The notes below the pieces were generated by a model. That model saw only the letters and a list, made by a program, of their open reading frames with translations, was not told where the DNA came from and did not search any database. A stretch of 64,000 nt of DNA from Macrostomum hystrix (taxonomy: Eukaryota > Animalia > Platyhelminthes). Each line of letters begins with the position of its first letter. Position 1 is the first letter of the stretch. The DNA is taken from positions 124,001 to 188,000 of the forward strand of contig CATNEN010000040.1 in NCBI GenBank assembly GCA_950097015.1, given 5' to 3'. Positions 12,801 to 25,999 of this stretch are shown one piece after another. Both the position numbers and the translations under genes were made by a program.

Positions 12801-13084
12801 ATTTTGTTACTTTTGTTTCAATTTAGATTGTAAACTAATTATTTTGTGACAATTATTAATATTTTCATTGTGGCTAACAATAAACAAAGCAAACTATAAT
12901 TTTAAATCAACATAGTCTCAATCTGGCAGTTAGGGACATCATGTGGAATTTAATGTGCAGAATAATGAACACATTGGGCTCATGTTGGAATATACACATT
13001 AAAACAAAGAACAAAAAACAAAGCATGTTATAATTGTAGCAAGAATGGTAATACTAACAGCAATTAATAATTGATATAATAATT

Positions 13085-13400
13085 AATAATAATAATAATA
13101 ATAATTGATTACACCTGCCCCAATCGGGCCAGATGTGCAGCCGACAGCACAGCTGCAGCTATTGCGCGGCACATCTGAAGGCTGCGTACAGCTGTTCAGT
13201 CCATGGACTGGGGGGACGCCACACCCACCTTCAATTATCCCAGCTGATGCTGGTACCCATTTAACAGCTGGGTGAACTAAAGCAATGCAGAGTTAAGTGT
13301 CTTGCTAAAGGACACAAATTGTTTCAATGGAGTCGGGAATCGAACCCCCGACCTTCAAGTTGTTAGTCCGATGCCCTAACCACTAGGCTACAACCTCTAC
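13085..13400 (-). mobile_element. SINE family B, tRNA-derived with CORE-like central domain and (TTA)n tail
   Basis: The minus strand has box A TAGCCTAGTGG, box B GGTTCGATTCC, CORE-like GTGTCCTTTAGCAAGACACTTAACTC, then CACCCAGCTGTTAAATGGGTACC and a (TTA)n tail. A second copy is at 63268-63522. Confidence 0.85.
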
Positions 13401-15171
13401 CACTTAGGTTGTAGCACCAATTAGGCCCCCTAATGCCCTGTCACTGAAACAGCTGTCACCAAAATGACGCGCACCCTAAAAATAGGTCTAGCCGAGCCTA
13501 GAAGTCTAGGAATTGGTTCAAATTAATTTTTTTTAATTTTAACTTCTTCATTAAAATTAAATGGAGAAATTCATTAAAATTAAAATCTTTGGTACAAATG
13601 ACATGTCTTTGTAGTAGAAAAAATGTAAGGTGTAAGGATAAACTGCAAAACCTAACTTTTTGAATATATATAATGTTTTTGTTGTTTATATCATACCTGA
13701 GTATGACTATGTCAGGTGTTTTAACCTTTTCATTGTAAAGTAGTTCAATAATGACCTGTCATGTTTTTCTAGGTCTAAAATCTGTTCAGCTAGTTAAGTT
13801 GGCCAGTATGAAGCTTTTATAATATTCATTGTATCATATATATCTCTAGACTATATCTATTTTTTACAAAAGTAAAATTTTTGGAATTTTTTTTCTGATA
13901 TTTCTGATATTTTGGAACATCTGAAAATGATGAAATGAACAAAGAGCCACAAACTGCAATGAGTGAAAATGATAATTTGGTCAGTCATTCAGAAAAAAAT
14001 CACTGGCCCACCAGCAATGGCATAGAAATATTTTAGCAGTTAGGAGAATCAAGACACATTCTATATTTTGCTCCCAGTTATCCCCAGCCCCAGCACACAA
14101 AGCCCACATGTCTATGGCACTTAATTCCCCAAATCCACATCAGCACTTAAAACCTTGCAAAGCTATGTCAGCATATGTCTGTGACCCCTGCCATGTCATA
14201 TTACACATCACCATAATTGCCTGAGTTTGAATCAGTTTTGAAAAATAATTACAAGAAACAAAGTAAAACATTGCCAAAATGTGTTGGAAGGAACTGAATT
14301 ACGAGCTACATTCAATTATGTTCTTATTTACTTAATTAAAAAAAATATAATAAATCACTACTTTGCTTATGACATTTTTACTTTAAGAAATATTTTGTGT
14401 AATTGGGATACTTTTTACAATACTTTACGATTTTCTATTAGACCTTAAGGGTCTAAAGATGCCAAAAATCAAATTGTATAATAAGCAAGCAACAATAATT
14501 GCTATATTAAATAGAAAGCAATATTTTATAAAGTTAATTAAGAAAAATTATTTAGGCTGGTTCGTCTTGGCATACTTGTATATTTCTTGTCAAACTGATA
14601 GCTTGAATAGATGTTTACTATCTACATGTGGGAAGTTAAATAATAACTTTTTGGTTGAGATTACTTGTAGTTAGACTGTATAAATGTGTAGCTATAGCTA
14701 TACCTAAATAGAAAGAAAAAGTAGTTCAGGAAACTATAATCACCTTTAACTATATATATATATATATTCATATCTATAAAGCCACATTTAGTCGCAAATT
14801 CCTCTTGCTATGCCATTATTTCTTTTATAAATGCTGTTTAAACAAAAAATAACTTTTTAAATATTATCTATTCTCTTCTGCTATTATGTGTTTGTGTCTA
14901 TATTGATTTTAAATCATTTTATTTAATAATTTCATTCCAATATTAAGCACTTCTGAAAAAGCTTAGCTTTTATCTCTATGCTGCTGTTTTGATTATTAGC
15001 CAGTATTTAGAGTCAATAATAAAAAAGGTAAAATAGTGCATACATTTATCTAAATAAATTCAGATTTTAGACATGTTCTCATAAGAAAAAATCCAGCATC
15101 ACATCCGTTCGCCTAAAAAAAATATAATAAAACAATCTTCAGTCCAGTTGCATCCGGATGCCAGTGCAGCA

Positions 15172-18100
15172 ATGAGTGTTAGGCCTGGCCAGCAGCAGCA
15201 GGCTTTGGAGCTGGAGAAGCAGCAGCAGGAGCAGAAATGCCTAGAACTCGTGCTCCGCTGGATTCATGGCTTCTCTGGTGTGGCCTATCAGCCTGGAGTG
15301 ATTAATATCGATTGGCTAGTTAATGGAGCCTTTCTGAACTCTGTCTACAGGTGGGCATTTTATATTGAAATCCCTCCATTGCATGGTATTCGCTATCTAG
15401 TTTGTGCATGTAGGATTCAGTCAAATCGATTTAGAATTTTTTAATTTTAATTTGAGTTCTAGCTCCATGAGATTCGAGATCTAGTCCCGTGGTGTTCGAG
15501 TTCTAGCTCCATTAGATTCGAGATCTAGTCCCGTGGTGTTCGAGTTCTAGCTCCATGAGATTCGAGATCTAGTTCTATGGTGTTCGAGTTCTAGCTCCAT
15601 GAGATTCGAGATCTAGTCCCGTGGTGTTCGAGTTCTAGCTCCATGAGATTCGAGATCTAGTTCTATGGTGTTCGAGTTCTAGCTCCATGAGATTCGAGAT
15701 CTAGTCCCATGGTGTTCGAGTTCTAGCTCCATGAGATTCGAGATCTAGTTCTATGGTGTTCGAGTTCTAGCTCCATGAGATTCGAGATCTAGTCCCGTGG
15801 TGTTCGAGTTCTAGCTCCATGAGATTCGAGATCTAGTTCTATGGTGTTCGAGTTCTAGCTCCATGAGATTCGAGATCTAGTCCCGTGGTGTTCGAGTTCT
15901 AGCTCCATGAGATTCGAGATCTAGTTCTATGGTGTTCGAGTTCTAGCTTCATTAAATTCGAGATCTAGTTCTATGGTTGTCGAGTTCTAGCTTCATTCAA
16001 TTCGAGATCTAGTTCTATGGTGTTCGAGTTCTAGCTCCATGAGATTCGAGATCTAGTTCTATGGTGTTCGAGTTCTAGCTCCATGAGATTCGAGATCTAG
16101 TTCTATGGTGTTCGAGTTCTAGCTCCATTAGATTCGAGATCTAGAACGAGTTTTTTTTCTAGTTTACCGAAAATGATGTGGATTTGGTCTCGATTAAATG
16201 CGGTAAATTAAACCAGTCTACCTAAATAAACTTCAGGGAGATCGACCCGAGACCACCGCCGGATCCGTCTGTCGTAGTTGTCATCGAAGAGCCGGCCACC
16301 CTGCGCGACTGTCTGCGCAATTGGCGCAGCCTGCACTGCCGTTTAGCTGGCTTCTACGAGCACGAGATGCAGAGCTGGCTACTGCTGGCGCCGGCTAATT
16401 ATGTTCGCCTGCTGGCCAGCCGCTACTGCGGTGGAATCCGGTTCGGCGGCGGCAGTGGCGACGACTCCGAATTGGCTGCTGACGAAATTTGCGCCTGCCT
16501 GCTGGCGCTGCTTGGCGTGGCGGCTCAGTGCGACGGATTCAAGTCGCGACTGGTCGAATCCTTGCAGGTGAGGACTGCTGATTCGATCAGTCTGTCATCT
16601 AGATTCAGATCCCATGATTAGTTTGTCATTCTCTAAGATCCCCAGATTGAATTTTTACCATGAAATTGCAGGCTGCATTCGACGAAGAGGACCTGGCGCA
16701 GTTCGTCGAACTAATTCGCACCGTCATGCCGGACGGTTGCTATCTGGTCTCCAAGGAGCCTCCGCCGCTTTCATCCAATGCGGACAGTTTGGCCATTGTC
16801 CAGCAGTACCAGGACGAATCCCGCCGCCTCCGTTCGGCCATCGGCCTTCTATCCGAGCAGCGTGACCGCCGCCTGCACGAGCAGGCCGAGTTGCTGGAAC
16901 GGCTGCACGAAGCTTTAGCCCGGGCTCGCCTTCTAGAAGCTCAGCTGGCCAGCGTCGGCCAGCCGCCGGTCAGTCCGTTGGCCGAGTCTACCGCCGCTGC
17001 TACAGCTACGGCTGCCGCGGCCGGCAGTCATCTGGTTGTTGAGGTGGCCGATTTGAAAGCCAAGCTTCGACGATTGCGCATAGAATGCGACGAGAAAGTT
17101 GAATGCCTGAGCGACGCCGAGGCGGAGCTAGCGGAACAGCGACAGGCATTCACCAAGCTCAAGGAGGAGTACATGCAGTTGCTGGGCGAGGCCCGCATGG
17201 CCAGACAGTTGCAGGACGAGATTGATATTCTCAAGGTATTAATTCTCGAGGTGGAATTCTTGGAAACAGCTACTAGTTATCTCTGATTGGTTAGACAGAT
17301 CTAGGCTTCCGACTCTATCATTGGTTAGACAGATCTAGGCTTCCGACTCTATGATTGGTTGGACAGATCTAGGCTTCCGACTCTATGATTGTTTAGACAG
17401 ATCTAGGCTTCCGATTGTCTGATTGTTTAGACAGATCTAGGCTTCCGATTCTTTGATTGGTTAGGCAGATCTACGCTTCCGATTCTCTGATTGGTTAGAC
17501 AGATCTAGGCTTCCTATTCTCTGATTGTTTAGACAGATCTAGGCTTCCGATTCTTTGATTGGTTAGGCAGATCTACGCTTCCGATTCTCTGATTGGTTAG
17601 ACAGATCTAGGCTTCCGATTCTCTGATTGTTTAGACAGATCTAGGCTTCCGATTCTCTGATTGTTTAGACAGATCTACGCCTCCGATTCTCTGATTGGTT
17701 AGACAGATCTACGCTTCCGATTCTTTGATTTGTTAGGCAGATCTACGCTTCCGATTCTCTGATTGTTTAGACAGATCTACGCTTCCGATTCTCTGATTGG
17801 TTAGACAGATATAGGCTTCCGATTCTCTGATTGTTAAGACAGATCTACGCTTCCGATTCTTTGATTTGTTAGGCAGATCTACGCTTCCGATTCTCTGATT
17901 GGTTTGGCATATCTAGGCTTCCGATTCTCTGATTGGTTAGACAGATCTAGGCTTCCGATTCTTTGATTTGTTAGGCAGATCTACGCTTTCGATTCTCTGA
18001 TTGGTTTGGCATATCTAGGCTTCCGATTCTCTGATTGGCTAGGCAGATCTAAGGTATTAAATCTCGAGGTGGAATTCTAGGAAATGGCTACCAGTTATTA

Positions 18101-21100
18101 AGCTCATTCGTAAAAACGAATCCCCATCTGCTTTCAGGAGCGCACTGTCAAATGCGCCCGTCTAGAAGACGAAGTTGGCCGCCTCAGAGACCGGACCAAG
18201 CAGCTCGAGGCCTATAAGAATCGGTCTGAAGAGCTGCGCTCTGAGAATGACGGCCTGCTGCAGAGGGCTGCCGAATTGGAAGATCTGCTGGAGCGCAGCG
18301 GCGCTGATGCTGGAAAGGTGCGGCTGATTTACAATTGCTTGATAGGCAGGCTGACAATGACTATTCACAATGCCCCTTTCAATCCTCAGTTAAAATCGCT
18401 GCAAGCCGAGCTCAAACGCGTCCGTCAAGAGAAAGAAGATCTGGAAGCGTCCCTAGACTCGGCCCGCTCTCGCATTGTTGAACTAACCGAAGACAACAGC
18501 TTCTTGGAGAGCGAGTCCAAGCTCGTACTGAACGACACGCAGAGCCTGGAGGAGGAGCTTCGATTGGCCCGCCGGGTGCAGAGCTCCGCCCTACTGGAGG
18601 AGACCCTGTCCGACAGTCTGAATGCCGACGCTCACAGTCGCTTGCAGAAGGTGGAATCGGACAAGCTGGCCCTGCGGCGACGCGTGCAAGAACTCGAGGC
18701 CGGCCGCTCGGAGCTGGAAAGCGAAGCCGAATTGTTGCGCGACCGCTGCCGCCGGCTTGAGAAAGAGTTGGAACACGCGCGACATAGCGCTATTGGCAAG
18801 AATGAACTGGACATTCAGGAGATTCAGCGAGTCATGTCCGATAATAAGCGACTCGAGAATAAGGTGCGAACAATGCTAGAACTGGGAATAAGACTGTTAG
18901 AGCTGGGAATAAGAATGGGAGAACTGGGAATAAGACTGTTAGAGCTGGGAATAAGAATGGTAGAACTCGGAATAAGAGTGGGATAACCCGGAATGAGAAT
19001 AAAAGAACTGGGAATAAGAATAGGAGAACTGGGAATAAGAATAAGAGAACTGGGAATAAGAATGGGAGAACTGGGAATAAGAGTGGGATAACCCGGAATG
19101 AGAATGAAAGAACAGGGGATATGGGAGAATGGGAGAATTTACTAGAAGAACGGAAGACTTCGCTAGAAAAATGCAAGAAGTTAATACAACAAAGGGAAAG
19201 TGGGTAGAACAGTGGGAGAAAGTGGTAGAAGATGGGAGTAGTAGGTCAAATAATTACGCGCAGATACGAATCGCAATACAGACTGTTTTTTGGAATATTC
19301 AGGTGTCCAGCCTGCAGCAGCAACTGGACGATCTTGAGAGCTCCAACGAGCGCTTGAAATCCGAACAGACTCGCTGGTCGGCCGCCGGTCGTGAGCTCGA
19401 TTCGGCGCGTAAAGCCCTCTCAGAGGCTAGCGAAGCTAAGCACGAATTCGAGAAGGAGGCAAAGCGACTAAAGCGGGCTCTGGACGCGGCGGAGGCGGCT
19501 CGTGCCCAGCTACAGACCGAGGCGGGCTCGCTAAGAGATGAGCTCACCAACCTGCAGGTCCGACTATTGCTGGCTTTTGCTTCTAGGGGAATTGTGACTG
19601 AGAAGTGTGCGAAACTGAATAGTGTGTAGTGGGACTAGCGACACTGTACACTGTCGGGACTATGAGGCGATTCGAAAAACAGTTTGAAGAAGTAGGATTG
19701 ACACTACAGACAGTTGGATTGACATTACGACAGGTGGATTGTGTCTACAGTCAGTAGAGTCAGTACTACAGACAGTAGAGTCAGTACTACAGACAGTAGA
19801 GTCAGTACTACAGACAGTAGAGTCAGTACTACAGACAGTAGGGTCAGGGTATGAATAGGAACTGTTGGGAATTGTCTGGGACTTTGCAAGTAATCGCCAT
19901 GTCGTAAGTTCATACTGTAGAGTTTTTCTAAACCCACCATGCAGACAGTTCAGGCTGACAGTCGAGCCACTGCTCAAGACGTGCAGGAATTAGAAAAGGA
20001 GCGCCTGGAACTACTGAGCAGTCTCAACTTAGAGCGAAGCACCGTTGCCAGCCTGAGAGATCAACTTATTCAAGAGAAGATACGCTGCCAGAGTCTCAAT
20101 AGCGAGAAGCGTCAATCGGTTGCCATAGATACCAGCGTCGCAGATCAGCGCGTAGCCACACTGGAGAGTCGCAATGCCGCCCTGCAAGCCGAACTGTTGT
20201 CGTGCAAGGATCGATTAGACAAGGACAATCAATCGAAGCGACAGTCCCTGGAGCGAGGCTCCGTTCGCGATTTCTTAGAAATCAAAGATCACCTGGTGCG
20301 GGTCGAGCGTCAGAATGCCGCACTGGAGAAGGAGCGCGACACCCTGGAAGCCGACTCCGCCCGGCTAAGAGAGCGAGCCAGTGTAGCGGAGGAACGGCTG
20401 GCCGCTGCTCAGGATCAGCTGGCCGAGGCCCAGGCTCAGCTGGCCTCTGCTAACGTGCATGTGGCCACGCTCCAGTCCAGCAATACCGCTCTGGAGACCG
20501 AGGTTAAGAGGTTGGTGAAGCGGGAGCCGGCGATTCTCTGATTGGTTAGACAGATCTAGGCTTCCGATTCCCTGATTGGTTAGACAGATCTAGGCTTCCG
20601 ATTCCCTGATTGGTTAGACAGATCTAGGCTTCCGATTCCCTGATTGGTTAGACAGATTTTGGCTTCCGATTCCCTGATTGGTTAGCCAGATCTTGGCTTC
20701 CAATTCCCTGATTGGTTAGACAGATCTAGGCTTCCGATTCTCTGATTGGTTAGCTAGACTGATCTAGGCTTCCGATTCTCTGATTGGTTATACAGATCTA
20801 GGCTTCCGATTCCCTGATTGGTTTGGCATATCTAGGCTTCCGATTCTCTGATTGGTTAGACAGATCTAGGCTTTCGATTCTCTGATTGGTTAGACAGATC
20901 TAGGCTTCCGATTCCCTGATTGGTTAGACAGATCTAGGCTTCCGATTCCCTGATTGGTTAGACAGATCTAGGCTTCCGATTCCCTGATTGGTTAGACAGA
21001 TCTAGGCTTCCGATTCCCTGATTGGTTAGACAGATTTTGGCTTCCGATTCCCTGATTGGTTAGCCAGATCTTGGCTTCCAATTCCCTGATTGGTTAGACA

Positions 21101-23942
21101 GATCTAGGCTTCCGATTCTCTGATTGGTTAGCTAGACTGATCTAGGCTTCCGATTCTCTGATTGGTTATACAGATCTAGGCTTCCGATTCCCTGATTGGT
21201 TTGACATATCTAGGCTTCCGATTCTCTGATTGGTTAGACAGATCTAGGCTTTCGATTCTCTGATTGGTTAGACAGATCTAGGCTTCCGATTCCCTGATTG
21301 GTTAGACAGATCTAGGCTTCCGATTCCCTGATTGGTTAGACAGATCTAGGCTTCCGATTCCCTGATTGGTTAGATAGATCTAGGCTAGGTAATTTTATGA
21401 TTTTTTAAATAAGATCTAGACTTGCGATCGTCCTGATTGGTAGATAAAAAATAGCTAATAATCTAGTCCCACCATTCCCCTGTTTTCCCACCCAGACTGC
21501 AGGCAGCTCTAACAGATCTGCAAGCTCGCCTGCACAAGCTAGACAAAGACTATGCCAAGCTGCTAGCCGACTACAACCAGCTGCGCCAGCTGCACGAGCA
21601 GCTCAGCCGGGATTACGAGACCGAATCGGAGGCCCGCAAGCAGCTTCAGGCCGAGCTGAAGCAACGTAAGACTGAGCTGCGCTCTCGCATGGCCGAAATC
21701 GATCGGCTAACTCGGGAAGCCGAAAGCTTCAAGCATTTGCAGGAGGCACTGGAAAGCGAGACAAAGAACTTGGCTGAGGACTCGCGCCAATACGTACAGC
21801 TGCAGGCTCAGTACTCCGATCTGATGGCTGATCAGCAGCGCCTGCTGGCTATTAAGGACAAGTTTGAGCAGGACCTGCGAATGCTCACCGCTGAGGCTGG
21901 TTCAATGCGGCGCAAACTAGCTGATGCTGAGAATGAGCTGGCCCTCAGCGGCGCCGACTCTATGCGACTCCGCGATCAGGTAATACTTTTTTTAATACGG
22001 GATATTTTAGATGATCTGATTTGGTTATTATATATATATTATATTGTATATGATTGTGCAATAATACAATCTCGAGTTATCGATCGAAATGTGTACTTTA
22101 TCCATCAGAGTGTGCACTTTATCGATCGGAATGTGACAGAAGATTTTTTTGTTTTAATTCAGCTTTTTATCTTTAAGCAAATTTAGCTTAGTAAAGAAAC
22201 TTTGTTGTATGAAATAAAACTGTGCTCAAACTGTGTTCATAATTTCAACTACCCCGGCCGCAGATTGCCCAGCTGGAGTCGCTAAATCACCAGCTGAACG
22301 AAGAGAAGTCCTCCCTGATGACTGAGCAGAGGCAGCTGCTAACCCAGAATCAAGACCTGTTAACTCAGACTCTGCAATGTAAAGACAATTATAACATAGA
22401 GGAGCGAACTTTGCGCGATAAGCTGGCGGCGCTTCAGCGTCAAAAGGAGCGCCTAGAAGAGAAGATCATGGAGCAGTACAAGTCCTACTCGCCCTCTAAG
22501 AGTTCCAGTTCCAAAAGCAAGAGTCGGGCCATGCTAGCTAAGGCTAAGGAGATTTTCTCTCCTGGCGGTGCGGAAAAGACCGCGGCTGATCACCATCCCC
22601 AAGAGCAGCAGCAGCAGAAGCAGCACTATCACCAGCAGTATCAGCATCAGCAGCAGCGCTTCGAGCCGCGTCACTCCAGCATCTTCGACCTGTTGCCTAG
22701 CAACGGTGGCAGCGTCGGCGGTGGACCAAGCAGCATTGCCGGCTCCTCGATTCTGTCTGGCCAGCAGCACTATCAGCAGCATAGTCAGCAGACTCAGGAG
22801 GATCGCCTGATGCGTGTTGAAGAATTTTTGTCTAGTGAGACTCCGCCGCCATCCCAGACTGGCGTTTCTAGGCACGCCTCTCCGCCTAAGAGTCTGCTGC
22901 TGATGAGGTAACTAGCTGCTTGCACCTAAGCCTAGCTGAGCAATGGCTTGATGTCATAGTTCGAATAAATATATGGCCATGGCTGACTTTATCAGTTCAC
23001 GTATTTTATAAAACCATCGCTCTAAAATAAATTTTTAGAAACGGCAGTGGTGGAGTCAGCCTTGACATGGCCGACGGTCGAAGCGGCGCTGCCGACGACA
23101 ACAGCATTGACGCTGACGACGGGTATCACCGGCCAACAGAGCGACGCTCAGCCAGCGCTCTGGGCTCGCCGATTCGACGTCAGCTGCCGCCGACGCCACC
23201 GGTGAGTCGTCGTCGGGCCGGGACGTCAACGCCTACGCCAGGACCCGTTGCCGGGCATCATCAGGCTGCAGTGCCGCCCTCGCCAACCGCTTCTGTCAGC
23301 AGCCGCCTGCCGGCCACCGAGCGCTACGAAAAGAATGAAATCTTTGCGCACGAACGAGGCCATAGTTTCGATAGCGGAAGTTCCGGTCAGCCGCAGCAGC
23401 CGCCTCCGCGCCGCGAGTCAGCTGGCCTGCCAGGGCACAAGCCCTACATTGCGGTCGGCCGCGGTGGCAGCTCCGCCGGCGGCTCGACGACCACGCTGCC
23501 GCCCAGCGTGCCGGCGCGTTCGATAACCCCCCTGCCGCCGGCTGTAGCCGCAGTTGTCTCTGGTTCTGCCGCCCGGCCAGCCGGTGCCCAGCTGCCCACT
23601 GGTCGGTCAATAACTCCCGGCCCGCAAATCATTGGCAGCATTGCTCCGTCCAGTATTCAGAGGCGGACTATCTTTGTTGGTCAGCATCAGCAGTTGCAGC
23701 AGCAGCAGCAGCCGGTGCTTCCTCGCAGACAGGGCAGCGGCGCCTCCGACGTCAGCTCTTCGTCGCATCAGCAGCCGCCGACGCCACCACGCGCCGCAGT
23801 AGGCACAGGGGGTGTGCTAACCCGATCCGCCACATTCGAACCAAGAGGCTCCACTAACCCCCCTATTGCCAATGTTGGCGAGAATGCTAACAAAGGCGAG
23901 GGCGAGGTCGAGAATCGCTGGTTGGAATACGGTTGTCTTTGA
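15172..23942 (+). CDS. CCDC88C: CCDC88-family (Daple/Girdin, Hook-related) coiled-coil protein, 10 exons, about 1521 aa
   Basis: Exons 15172-15350, 16237-16567, 16672-17235, 18138-18317, 18390-18863, 19303-19557, 19945-20502, 21503-21979, 22264-22907, 23039-23942, all GT-AG and phase-consistent. HOOK-type N-terminus (LVNGAFLNSVYREIDP...LLALLGVAAQC), long coiled coil with KDHLVRVERQN and LRQLHEQLSRDYE, disordered C-terminus ending WLEYGCL* like Daple WYEYGCV*. Confidence 0.88.
15455..16145. repeat. 44-bp minisatellite (two 22-bp halves), CCDC88 intron 1
   Basis: Unit CGAGTTCTAGCTCCATGAGATT-CGAGATCTAGTTCTATGGTGTT, about 15 copies. Confidence 0.95.
17281..18050. repeat. 34-bp minisatellite, CCDC88 intron 3
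   Basis: Unit GATTCTCTGATTGGTTAGACAGATCTAGGCTTCC, about 22 copies. Confidence 0.95.
18876..19125. repeat. 21-bp minisatellite, CCDC88 intron 5
   Basis: Unit GAACTGGGAATAAGAATGGKA and variants, starting about 12 nt after the donor. Confidence 0.9.
19755..19845. repeat. 21-bp minisatellite, CCDC88 intron 6
   Basis: Unit CAGTAGAGTCAGTACTACAGA, about 4 copies. Confidence 0.9.
20530..21385. repeat. 34-bp minisatellite (same family as intron 3), CCDC88 intron 7
   Basis: Unit GATTCCCTGATTGGTTAGACAGATCTAGGCTTCC, about 25 copies. Confidence 0.95.
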
Positions 23943-25669
23943 GCTGCTAAGTTATAGCCTATCCTGAGAGAATGGTGCGCCTACTAGACTGTCAATTTGG
24001 CACCTTTTGTTTGTTTAAAATAATGACATTTCCTGGAATGTTGACAATAAAATTTCTTTCTAATTATTTTATAAATAAGCTGAATGTTAATTTAAGCAGA
24101 AAAAAATGCATTAATCACTGTAAAACTTAGTAGATTTTATTCTACGAGTTAATATTTATACTAATCTGTATTTATAACAACCCGTGTTTCTTCTGTATGC
24201 GTGCACTCACAGTCAAATTAAGTACACATCACTTGGTCTTGTATATCGCCTATTTTTTCACAACTTATCTAACTGTATTTTCTTCACTACTTTAAGTAGA
24301 AAATAAGTATTTTATACTCACATTTTAAGCTTTTCAATAGACATTGAAATCGATAATAAATTCAGCAAGACTAAAGTACTTTTTGTTATTAAAAACCAAC
24401 TCTTTGTCTGTGATAAAAATGTTCGTTTAGCCTTAGACCTAATCATATATCAAGTCTTTTGAGTTCTACGTTCTACCTGCTATATTTAAATTATTCACGT
24501 AATACAGGTAACCTCCCTGTCCATTAAGTAACGATTGGCTGTGCCAGTAATGGTGCCATTCTTGTAGTGTGTAGTTCGACTTGTTTTCAATAACAACGTC
24601 CATTCAAAAGCCAAGTTTTTAATGGCTGTGAGCCATACAATAGGGCATTGTAGGGTCTTTTAAATTTTAAACATTTTTTATTTAAAATATCATTTGATAC
24701 CTATCTTCAATTGTCATCGAATAAAAATTCCTTGTTAATGAAAAGAGGTAGAAATCATGTGTCTCTATCATTAGCATTTTTTGTTAAGGTTTTTTCAGAC
24801 TCGAGCAACACTACTGACTAAGGTTATAAGTAGTAGTTGTAGTAAATGCGATGTAAATAATGACATTTTCGGCCAAAAGCAAGCTCTAAGTTGTTCCAAT
24901 TTTTTTCATTTATCCCTCTCGGGTAACTCGGTGCAGTTTTTGTTTTCCGCAGTATAAAAATGACATTTTGAAGCATGCTCTTTGTTTACAATAACCGTTT
25001 TCTACTCGTGAGTAGTTAGTAGCAGTAGTACACTATTATTAGTACATTGCAGAATTGCAATCGATACATTTTCAATGATTCTCTTAGAAATCCTACGAAA
25101 TAAGGAATCCAACTTGAATTATAATTTTTTGTTGCTTGACTTTTGAGAGCATTCGGTCTTCTTGGTTTTTATTTAGGCTAGGATTCTGCTGTGCTTTATT
25201 ATTATTAAAAACTAATTTCGTAATAGAAATGTTGCTTTCAGAAGTTTTTTTGCATCGATTTCGATCGAAACATTGGGTTTTTGTTTTGAACTTTTCTCGC
25301 TTTATTAAATATTCTGAAATGGTAGTTTTTCTGTTTTTTTTCGGTTCGCAGCTTGTTTTGCTTTTGTTTCAATTTATTGTGTCTGTTGGCTTTTTTTAAA
25401 GAAAATTGAAGTGTTTTTTTGCCGCTTTTTTTCCTATCATCATGATCTGACCCAGACTTCTGACATGTATATATTAATGCTGAAATTGTACGTAGCTCTC
25501 ACTTCTATTTATATAAGCATACTGACACTCTTATACATGAAAAATGCACCTTTAATATATATACAAATTACAATATACACAATATCCCCTGCTTTATCTG
25601 GGGAGCTATGAATTTGTGTTCTTGTCAGATTTTCTATCTATAATAGGTATCTATGCCAGTGATAATTAG

Positions 25670-25830
25670 CTGAGTGCCGTGAGTTCGAATCCTAGCTAGG
25701 GAAGCAATATGGATTCATAAGCACGACACTTAATTCTCGATTCCATAGGTGCAGTTCATGCAACATCAGCTGTGATAGAAATTCGGGCGTGTTTGGCGGC
25801 CTCCCTAGCCTTAGAGACTGAAGAGCTTTT
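25670..25830 (+). mobile_element. Degenerate tRNA-headed SINE fragment
   Basis: Box B-like GAGTTCGAATCC followed by a CORE-like stretch (GGATTCATAAGCACGACACTTAATTC); heavily diverged. Confidence 0.4.
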
Positions 25831-25999
25831 TCGATTCGCCGTTCATTAGCTGGAAAAGTACATCACAGTACATGCAACCATTTCCTATTTTTTCTAGCCC
25901 AGCAACCTATTTCCTGCAGTCCATAATCGTGCTACTACTGCTGCCACAGCCAGTAGTATCAAAGGCATACGTTATAAAGCAGGGGCAACGCTATAGATT

